A stretch of DNA of 64,000 nt from Plasmodiophora brassicae (taxonomy: Eukaryota), in assembly GCA_036867785.1 (NCBI GenBank), contig CP145415.1, positions 1,178,001 through 1,242,000 of the forward strand. Reading direction: 5' to 3'. The notes under the pieces are model-generated. The model saw only the letters and a program-made list of their open reading frames with translations. It ran no database searches and was not told the origin of the DNA. Positions within the stretch are counted from its first letter, which is position 1. Every line of letters starts with the position of its first letter. Below are positions 51,601 to 61,661 of the stretch, one piece after another. A program made the position numbers and the translations under genes.

Positions 51601-53010
51601 ATGTCAACCATGGGCCTGGTCGAAGGCGGCAACGACCATCGATGTGCCACGGTGGGTGCGGTCGACGGCGGCGACACGCTGGCGTCGTTGCGCGCCAGGA
51701 TCGACGAGATCGACAGGGACCTCGTTCGCCTGCTGAACGAGCGGTTCGCGGTCTGCGAGCGGATCGGCGCGGCGAAGAGGGCGGCGGGCGGCGCCGGCGA
51801 TGCGGTCGTGTATGTACCCAGCAGGGAGAAGGCCGTCCTCGACAAGGTCTCCCGCCTGAACCGCCAGTATCCCGGGCCCCTGTCCGAGCCCGCCGTCCGC
51901 AGCATCTTCCGGGAGATCATGTCGTACTCGATCCACCTGCAGCGGCCCATCTCCATCGTCTACCCGGGCGAATCAGGCGGCCTCGCGTACGTATCCCGTA
52001 CTGTATTGCCAAGCGTCGTTCGGATTCGCTGACGCTCACGTTCGTTCGCGTCCGTTCTCAAGTCATCAGGCGGCCATCGCCCGTTTCGGCACCAGTCTAA
52101 CGTGCGTTGGTGGGGACCTCGACCTGCGCGCCGTCTTCGATGCTGTCCAGCGGTCAGTCGTTTGCGCCGACGTGCGGCTGCCCCCCTGCGCCACCCCTCG
52201 CTGATACGTGTGCGTTCGCACCGGTACAGGGGCCATTCCCAGTATGGGGTCGTGCCTGTCGACCGCCTGTCGGACATGATCTCGGTCATGTACCGGCTGG
52301 CGTGCAGCGACGACCTGATGGTCTACGCCGAGATCGCCTTGCCCGTCGCCCTGCACCTGTGCACCGCATCGGCGTCTCGCCCAGCCATCGCCGATATCCG
52401 CCGGGTGTTTGTCCCGCCTGAATCGGCTGGCCGGTGCCGTCGCTGGCTGGCTCAGACGATGCCGGCAGCAGACGTCGTCGAGTCACGAACGCTCGCAGAC
52501 GCCATGTCCGAGGCCGCCGTTGACGATGGCCAGGAGAAGGTCGTTGTGTGCACGGCCCTGGCCGCCATGCTGCACAGGTTCAACGTCATCGCTGACGGCA
52601 TCGAGGACAGCGGCGACGCGATCGACCAGTTCGTCATCATCGGACGCGACATGGACCGGGCCACGGGCGCTGATAAGTCGTCGATCGTGTTCGCCCTGTC
52701 CGGGTGCGCGACGTCGACCGGGACACTGTGCGACGTCCTGTCGCTGCTGAAGCGGCACGACGTCAACCTGATGTCGATCACGTCGCGAGAAGTGCGGCAC
52801 GTGGCCGAGGTTACCAGGGATTGCCCCGGGGCCCCCCGCCTGGCCCCCGACGATTCCTTCTTCTTCATCGACGTCGATGGCCACGTCAGCGACGCGGACG
52901 CCCGCATTCGCAGCCTCATCAACGACCTCCGGCAACGATGCGCCTGGGTACGGCTCCTCGGCAGCCGTTCGAAATCAACGTCGCCGTCGTCGTTCGCTGT
53001 TCGCGAATAA
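51601..53010 (+). CDS. pheA: Chorismate mutase (AroQ)-prephenate dehydratase-ACT fusion (PheA-like); PDT part degenerate
   Basis: LRARIDEID..LVRLLNER...IGAAK, YVPSRE..V, IFREIMS.S..LQ; VFDAV..G...YGVVPV; KSSIVF...GTL.DVL....VNLMSITSR; FFIDVDGH; LLGS. Two introns. Confidence 0.88.
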
Positions 53011-53285
53011 ATGGATCGCATGATCATACCGTGCACTCTCTCACTCGCGTTGGGGAGCACAACGGCGTGGGTGATCCGGCGGGCGTGCCGGCCACGATGT
53101 CCTCGACGAACTCGGCCAAACCACTGACGCTCGCAAGAGTGGGTCGTGGGTGAAGACGCCATTCGGTGTCGATAGCAGCCATTGCCTCGGCACGGGCGTA
53201 GACGCACAAGGAGGTCGCTTCAGTGTACATGTTGGCGGCGACCGACGGATAGTTCATTCACGACGGTAGCACCGCCAGTGCGACG

Positions 53286-54553
53286 TCACGCGTCACGGTT
53301 TACAAGTGTCAACGGCACGACGTCGTGGTAGAACGTGTCCAGCCGGGCCATGGCATAGGCCTTGTAATCAAAGTCAACGGACACGCCGTCGGATGCCTGA
53401 ACCAAGCCCCATGCCGCCCACAGCAGGTGGCTTGCTGGCTTGAACAGGGCGATCTCCTGCGTACCGCAGCCGTCAGTAATCACAGACGCCTTCAGATTCC
53501 CGGCCACGTACCGATATCAGGGCCCGCACTTCGTCCTGGCTAGGGGTCCGCCCATGGAACGTCGACAAATACGAACGAGCGACGTGGATTTCGGTATCGA
53601 GCGTCGGCGCCAGTTCGGGTCGAACCAGGAACCCGGTCGTTGACGACCCCGCCGCAGGGTTGTTGTCCAGGGCCGATTCGCAGAACGCATTGGCGAGGTC
53701 GTACGCCGCGTAATTCCACGACGCGTACTCGTAATCGATGAGCACGTACCGGCCCTCGTGCGTACGCAGGATGTTTCCCTCCTGGGCGTCATTGTGGCAG
53801 AACACAATCGGCGAACGACACCGTTGAATGGCAGGGCGCAACAAGCTGTCGAAAACGGCCTTAGCCGCCAGCAACTCTTCCACAGGGCGGCCGCTTCCCT
53901 GTACAGCATGTCCGACCCATTTATCAATCTGGTGCAGGATCGATTCGGTCGCACGAGCATCGGATGCACTACCATCGCCAACGACCACTGGGCCTGCGTG
54001 TACGACGTGGCGGAAATGAGACGACCGAGCGACGGCGCTGAGAATGCGGGTTACCTGGAACGACTTTGTGGAAATTCGCCAGAAGCTCGGCAGTCACCAT
54101 CAGCGTCGGCTTCGTACCGAAATCCTGAAGCAGACAGGTACGTCTTGGAACTAGTGCAAGCGAAACAGCAGAACGTACCTTGCCGAGCGATGTCCCGTTG
54201 ATGTACTGTTCAACGCGAGTGTCACCTTGCATGCCATAGATACGAGGAGCGATGCCCTGATCGGCCAGGTACTTTGCAACGCGTTGTTCGCGGTCGCGAT
54301 CCAGCAGGGCGCCGGACAAATGATATTGGCGGACGACGACGTGCTGCGGATGCACTTTAGGGGTATCAGCGGAGCAGAGCCAGAGAACGTTGCTGAGGCC
54401 GCCGGTCAGCGGCCGGCACGAGCAGTCAACGTTAGCGGCCTGCCATGGCTGCACTAGCTGTCGTGCCAGGGTGGCAGGATCCGCCCCCAGTGCAACACTA
54501 ATAAAACTTGCGGTCACCGTGGTCAGCGCCACGATCGCTAGATACATGTTCAT
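53286..54553 (-). CDS. Choline/ethanolamine kinase with an N-terminal signal peptide-like sequence
   Basis: LTGGLSN, RVEQYI, Brenner motif FCHNDAQEGNIL, LIDYEYA..N..AYDLANAFCE, SHLLWAAWGLVQA, FDY..YA..RL. N-terminus MNMYLAIVALTTVTASFISVALG-AD. Confidence 0.9.
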
Positions 54554-55402
54554 GATAAGGCACCGCCTAACAGGTTGCAAGGCCCGATGATGCCGGCCGA
54601 CTACGCGTCGGGTTCGTCGCCACTCCCTCCACTGATCGCCGGTCAAAACAAAAATAACTGCGGGTCCCCGCGCGCAAACAGCAACCGGTGACTCGACGCT
54701 CGGAACCGAAACGAGCACTGCAGACAATGCAGCGCGGCGCGCTGACTGCGCCATCGCAGGTTCCAATTCCCCCAAGGACCCATAAAAAATGAGCGTCCCC
54801 TGCATTAGGGCGGCCTTGACGGCTTGAACTCAGAAGCCTTACGATTGGAACCTGGATTGTTTTATCATTTGAATCGGTATGGAACCGGTCATGGGTTGTT
54901 TCCCGCTTCCTGTAACGAGTGCCACAAGATCCTTATGCTATCCTTTACCCGGCACGTACGTAGCAGGAGACTCGTGTCGCTGCGTTTCTGCGCATGATGC
55001 AACGGGATCGGCAGTGTTCATATCACTTCGCCGCATCATTGACAGGTAGACTGGTGGACCGGAACCTTCTTGCTTCTAGTACACTGTTTCTGGCAGCAAC
55101 TCGATGGAAGAACGTGGGCAGTAGACCTATTAGGTGGAAGGGACATCACCTACCCGGGGATGCAACCGATGTACGGGTACAGTTGATACGGTGTGCAGAT
55201 GGCCAGATATATACCTGGCACTATCGAGGGGCGTTCAGTACAGTGATTCACATTGCATTTGAAGTCAGGTGTGCATACCCGTGGCACTGGGTGTAGGCAG
55301 GATGGCATCAGTGCATGATGTGCATCTCGGCCCTCGGGCCAGCTTACGGTAGGCACGGGTCAGTCCGTGACGGAGTCCGCTGCGGCAATATTTCGCGACA
55401 CG

Positions 55403-56731
55403 ATGACCGTCTTCGTCGGCATTGCCAGCCCCGCCGCCGAGCTCGCCACCCTGCTGGGCAAACCGACCCCTCCTGGCAACGCCACGCCGAGTCTCATCAT
55501 CTCCAAGGTATTTTTCAAGTACACGCGGACGTGTATGATCCAACGCTCACTACCGTGTCATCAGCTCGTCCCTGACGACACACTCGTATCGCTGATCGAA
55601 GATGAATCAGCAAACGACAAGACGGCTTCCTTATTTCAGCTCGTGTTGTCGTTTCTTGACGGCATGGATGTCCAAGATGTTGCCAAACTCGCCGATCGTT
55701 TCACAGCGTGCCTGGAAAAGGACGTCAACAACGCCGAATTGCGGCTCGGTCTGCTGATCCGATTATGTAATGCTGTTGCCGTCGCGTCGATCAAGGCGCG
55801 CGTCTTTACATCGCTGCTGAAGTACAGCCTGCGTTCGAACCTATCAGCGTCGGTTCTGCAGTCCTGTTCCCATATCGACGACTGGACCAAGGAGTGGGCT
55901 CTTGATGCCAACGCCCAGTTACAGCTGATGGCGCAAGTAGCCGCCATCTATGCTGCCAACGGGCGAGACCAGGACGCACACAAGATCCGGGTTCGCATCC
56001 TCTCTTTGCAACTGTCCGATCCTGTTCCCCACGACGTTCTCTCAGAGCACACCGCCCACGTGATTGCACATGTAAGAGCCTGGTCTGTGTCTAGCGTAAC
56101 GTTCCCTTATGCGGCTACAGGTGCTGCGAACCGGAGATATACTGTACCTGGACGCATTGCTCGCGAAGATCAAGAAGATGTCCCTGCTGCAGAAGTCGCC
56201 GCTTCTCGATCTGCTGCATCGGATGAGCTCTGGAACCGTCCAGGACCTGGATCAGTTCGTAGGACAACATGGCGCCATCCTCGACCAGTACAGGCTCGAC
56301 GGTGCCCAGCTTCGGTCCTACCAACAGTCCCTGGCCCTGTGCACTGCCGCCGCTCGATCAAGGGTTCGATGCGTCCTAATGTGCCGTCCCTCCTGATCTC
56401 TGATTCGGTACGCCCATAGAACCTTCGAATCTCCGACCTGAAAGAGACTCTTGGTGTCACCACCGACGATGAAGTTGAACAGGCCGTCATCACTGCCGTC
56501 ACTCTGGGTATTGTTGACGCTCAGATTGATCAGGATGAGGTATGGCCGGGTACGGCAGGTTCGTAGGCGACATTCTAACGGGAGTGACGCTGTCAGGGGT
56601 CGGTTGACGTACTGCGTTGCGCGTACCGCTCCCTGAGCGCCGACACCTGGAAAGACCTGCAGAGGCGCCTTAACGCATGGCGCGACAACGTTGCGAATGT
56701 CCTTCCGTGGAACCAGCACGTACCAAACTAG
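55403..56731 (+). CDS. EIF3M: Eukaryotic translation initiation factor 3 subunit M (PCI domain)
   Basis: IDDWTKEW segment, PCI winged helix EVEQAVITAV..GIVDAQIDQ, and C-terminal R.L....W..L...LNAWRDNV typical of eIF3m. Confidence 0.75.
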
Positions 56732-56947
56732 GGCCGAAGATTCCTCTCGTGGCGAATATATGGTCCCGAATAAAACCGATCATGCATCATTAGACCGGCA
56801 CACCTTTGAACTTTAGGTATAGCACACCTGCGTACGCCGATGGTGGCGCCGGCGGCAGTCTGTGCCTACCGGGCACCGCACTGGTTGTGATTGATAGTGC
56901 GTGGCGAGCGTGCAGCTTCGACTGGGGGGTGCGCGCGCCATTCCGTC

Positions 56948-58050
56948 ATGCTGCTGCTGCTGGTCCAGCGCCTGGGCCGACACGTCGTCCGGCATCGTGC
57001 CGCCCGCCCGCTGTCGACGGGCGCGGCCGCCGTCGCCAAAGGCGGGTTCCACATTGGCGGAGGTACTGTACGCTGGCTCGTTCGATGCGCGCGCGTGCGC
57101 TCCATGACACGCGTCCGCAGTGAAATCGGACGGTACCACGAAACGGTTCTACGATCGCGTCTCGATATTCCCGATCGATGTCGAGGAAGGCGTCCAGAAT
57201 TACGCCATTGACATCGACAAACGGCTTGTTCAGGTGCGGCACGTATCGCCGGACGCCAACCAGGGGTTGCGATTTACGTCTCTCTTAAACAGACCCCGCG
57301 GAAACGCATTCTCCTGGTCCCCACACGTGAACTTGCGCTCGCAGGTACGCCAGGTTTGCGCACGTTTCCAAATTGAACGCCGATACATCTTCGTCGCAGT
57401 TGCTGGAGAATGGTCGCTGCAGACGGACCAGGTGCGCCCGACATCGATGCCGCTGACGGCGCTGGTCACAACGGCATTGGACCAGTTCTCGTGCCCGGAG
57501 GAGAGTGAGAAATGCCTTAGCAAAGTCAAGGCACACCTGCGATCCGACGCCATCTGCTTCCGGGTGGACTCGCCGAACGTACGTGCCGTTGGCGGAATGC
57601 CATCCGGGGAATGATGAACGCGCCTGCTAACCGACGTGATGCCGTCAGGAGCTGGTCGAGAAGCAGACCGAGATGTGGGACCCGCTGATCGCATGGGTCA
57701 AGGACGAGTTCAACGCCCCGATGAAGACAACGACGGAGCTGACGGTGGACCAGCCGGACGCGTCCGTCGATGCGCTGTACGACGCGATCGTCAGTACGGA
57801 CCCGTGGCGCCTATCGGCCATAGATTCGGTGGCGTCGCTGGCCCGCTCCTACATCATCGGCCTGGCCGTTGAGCGCGGCCGCATCACCGCCCAGCAGGCC
57901 TACGAGGCATCCCGGCTGCACGAAGACTACCAGATCGCCAACTGGGGCAAGGTCGAAGGCGGCCACGACATCGACCAGGCGTACGTGTCGATGAAGATGT
58001 CCGCTGTCGGCACGTACCTGGAGCTCCTGCCCAAACGGGCCGACCAGTAA
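56948..58050 (+). CDS. ATP12: Mitochondrial F1-ATPase assembly factor ATP12/ATPAF2
   Basis: Arg-rich presequence, KRFY..V, IDKR...TP.GN, AVAGEW..Q, MPLT.L..TALD, WDPLI.W, ASRL.EDYQ...WGKVEGGHDID. Confidence 0.93.
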
Positions 58051-58281
58051 ACCAACCCCCCCGCCACGTCGTGTCGCAGCCGGGCATCCAGCAGCCCTGC
58101 ACCGGGGCTCGTGCTCTCTGGTATCCGCCACCCTGCCGTCGTCGTAGGTGACCATGCGGAAGGAATGGCCAAGGCAGTGCGCGCCTGCAGGTTGCTTAGG
58201 GCTTGCGCGTCCTGATGTCGATCGCTGATCCGGTGATTGCCGTCCGTCCGCACATAGCGGAGCGTGCGCGCCCCAGGTGCC

Positions 58282-59861
58282 ATGCGGGTGCGACGGTGCG
58301 TTGCGGGCGCCCGCGAGTTCGCTGCCGGCGCCGCCGTGCGCAACGAACCTGCTCGACCGTGTCGCATCCTGGGTAGGCAGGCCGATCTCCCCCCGAGTTT
58401 GTACAATAACGACGACGCGCGCCCTGCACAGGCGTCGAGAGCACCTGCGACGAGAGCGGCGTCGCGCTGATCGAGGGGCGGCGGATCGTGTCGGAGCGGT
58501 TGGCGTCCCAATGGCAACTGGTACCCAGCGCGGGAGGCGGCGCGCGATGGTCGTCGTGAGTGTACTCATGTGTCCCCGATTGGCAGACGCGTGAATACGG
58601 CGGCGTGTTCCCGACCATGTCGGCGCGGCAGCATGCCGCCAACCTGCCCCGTCTCTACCTGGACATGCTGGACACGATGAAGGTCGACAGGAACGATCAG
58701 CTGCGGCTGGATGCGGTCGCTGTGGCCGCCGGGCCGGGCCTCAGCCCGTGCCTCGATGTCAGTTTCTGTGTTCTGGCCTGGACCGCGCCTGCCCCAGGTT
58801 GCCTGACGGGTGACGGTACGTACAGGTCGGCCTCCGATTCGCCAAAGGCATCTGTGAGGCGCATTCGGTGCCACTGGTCGCCGTGAACCACCTCGAGGCG
58901 CACGTCCTCGTCAGCCACCTCGTCGACGACGGTATATGGCCGTCACGGTCGATGCTGTGGTTGCGCGCGACTAACACGTCCTGGATCAGAGCTGGCGTTC
59001 CCATACCTGGCCTTGATCGTATCCGGGGGGCACACTCAGCTCCTGTACTGCAAAGGCGTCGGCCGGTACGATATCCTCGGTACGACGCACGACGATGCAA
59101 TAGGTAGGCGCTCAACACTGGTGGTCGAACCGCGCCTGAATGAAGCACGTCGTTGGCAGGCGAAGCATTCGACAAGGTGGCACGTGTCCTGCAGATCGAA
59201 CCGCAACCTGGCGATTCGTACGGTCGCGCCCTGGAGCGATGCGCATCGTCATGCCGATCGCCCGCCACGATCGCGTTCCCCGTTGCAATGTCCAGACGAA
59301 CCGACTGTGACTTCTCGTACTCCGGGTTAAAGGTGCTAAACGGTCGCATTGTGCCTCGGTCGCAGGCTCACCAATCCTATACGCAGGCGGCCGTCAAACG
59401 CGTCGTTGAGGCGGAGGGTGACCAGGTGCTGTCCGATGAGAAACGGGCTGCAATCGCGGCCGCCTTCCAGGAGGCGGCCGTATCCCAGGTCGCATCACGC
59501 CTGCGTCGCGCCCTGCAGGGTCACGTTGACCCAGCCACGGCAACGACCATCGTCTTGGGCGGTGGCGTTGCATCCAACCAGGCCATCCAACGTTGCGTTC
59601 GCCAAGTTGCCGACCAGCATCGCCTTCGGGTAAGGCGTGGCCAAACGCATGGGACACCGTTTTCCTGATTCCTGGCTCTAGGTTGTATGCCCACCGGCGA
59701 CACTGTGCTCAGACAGTGCCGTTTCAATAGCGTACGCGGGCGCCCTGAAATTTGCCCTTGGTCATTGTGACCCGCTCACCGTTGGATACTCGCCGCGATG
59801 GCCGCTGGGCTCCCAGGTCTCCCGTTCCCAACCGCACGTTAATGAATCACCCTGTATCTGA
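58282..59861 (+). CDS. OSGEPL1: Mitochondrial tRNA N6-threonylcarbamoyltransferase (TsaD/Qri7/OSGEPL1)
   Basis: [72 protein letters not shown]. Confidence 0.93.
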
Positions 59862-60238
59862 TCGGGATCGTAAAGCCGCTGTTTCCCCGCTCCGACGAGT
59901 GCCGAGTACCGGGTGGCTCAAGTGCCACCTGAGGTGCAGAACCGCTTGTATAGTCGGCACTTTGTAGTCGGCGTGTGCCATCGTTACGTTGCGCCTGGCG
60001 GTCGCTCAACGCCGCTGCCCCTAGAACGCAGAGTATCGCACAGAAGCCGGTGTGTGCCATCGAGCGTTTCGCCTGGCGGTCGCTTAGCGCCCTTACGGCG
60101 GAGAGTATCGGGAGACGGATAGGCAAGCAATCAGCACGTCTGAGCAGTCAGCCGAGCAATTGCGACGGCAGGGTGACTCACGTGGACTGTCGGAAGCGCC
60201 CATGGTCCGGAAGGTGTCGTCCCATTGTTCAAACCAAG

Positions 60239-61544
60239 ATGCAACGCGTGCTCGTCGTCGTCGTCCTCCTCATGCCAGCTGTGCTAGTCGACGGTAGGCA
60301 CCTGCCGCCGGCGTGTGGCGCATGTTTGTGTCTAACGGACGCGCGCGCGCCCTGCTTCAGGGTTGCTTGCGCCAATCCTGTCGTCGGCGAAAGAGGGTTT
60401 CCGGTCTGTGAAGGCGGCGATTCTGCCTGCGTACGCCGAGGTCCAGGCCGTGGCAAGCTACGTCCATCAGGGCGCTGCCAACGGCGGCGTCAACGTCGTC
60501 ACCTACAACGTCCAGGAGGCCCCCGTCTCCGGGCTCCAGTCCGGCCTGACCAGCAAGGACCGCGTCCAGTACATTCCGGTCAGCAGGCAGTGGTTGACCC
60601 CCTGGCATGCGTGGCCGCCTGACCGGATGACGTGTGTCGGGACAGGGCACACAGACAATTAAGGACCGGAACAACGACATCGTCGTGTTCACGAACGTGT
60701 ACCGCGATTCATCGTTCCGGGACCTGAAGACGCTGATGAGCAGCAACGGGTTCGCCAGCACGAGCGCGCCGGGCCAACCGATGAACGTGAAGTCCAGCGG
60801 CGGCGTGTTCATCGCGGTCCGCACGCCTGTCCTGCGCCAGGACACGCGCGTCTTCAGCAAATGCGGCTGCTACACGACCTGCCTGATGTCATCGCCCGGG
60901 TTCGTCTACGTTGAAACCGTAGGCACATGGCGTCGGGCGCCTACCTAGAACGCAGTGCACTGACAGCGGCTCCCCCATGGCGACAGACGATGGCGGACCA
61001 GAAGGTGGCCATTGTCGGTACATCGCTGCAGGCGGACGGGGTGACCGGATGCAGCGCCACCGAGGTGCAGGACGCGCGGCGCACACAGGTGGAGGAGATT
61101 CGCCAGTTCCTGAGCGAGAACGCCCAGCAGATGGACATTGTCATACTGGCCGGGGACCTCAATGTGAACAACCGGCCGGATGCGTCGCCGACGGAGGCGA
61201 ACGAGTACCGGGACCTGATGTCGTTGATCGGTGCGGGGGCCGTCGAGATGCAGGGCGGCACGCTGACGGCGTCGTGCGACCCGAACACGAACTCGGAGAT
61301 GCGCCTGCAGGGCGACAGCCGCCTGAGGAACAGCGACTATGTCCTGTCGGTGGCCGTCAACGGGAAGCCGGCGCACCCGACCGTCAACGAGGTGCAAGCC
61401 GTCAAGCACCCGCTGAAGCCACAGCAGGACCTGTCCAGCCATCATGCAGTCGCTGGATTCGTCGCCCTGTCCGGCGGGTCCATTCCAGCACCGATCTCGC
61501 TCGTCGCGTCGCTGCTCGTCCTCGTGCTGACATGCTCCACATAG
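60239..61544 (+). CDS. Secreted, probably GPI-anchored sphingomyelinase C-like (EEP/DNase I fold) protein with substituted catalytic residues
   Basis: Signal peptide MQRVLVVVVLLMPAVLVDG; motifs VTYNV, DIVVFTN, SGGVFI, GFVYV, GTSLQA, R..Q..EI..F, AGDLNV, DYVL, LSSHHAV; hydrophobic C-terminal tail. Confidence 0.8.
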
Positions 61545-61661
61545 CTGCGCCCTACGACATGGTACGGGCACCACCACACCCACCATAGATTACACGACGG
61601 ATCGTTACGTGTCTGAGTGATACACGACCAGAGGAGCATTGAGCGGTAGCAGATTCCCGGT

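Noticed and set aside
51601-53010. pheA as bacterial contamination
   Set aside because: It contains two spliceosomal introns and is embedded among eukaryotic genes.
54800-55350. Lower-GC stretch containing ORF 54994-55296
   Set aside because: No motifs, TIRs or repeats found; treated as divergent intergenic DNA.
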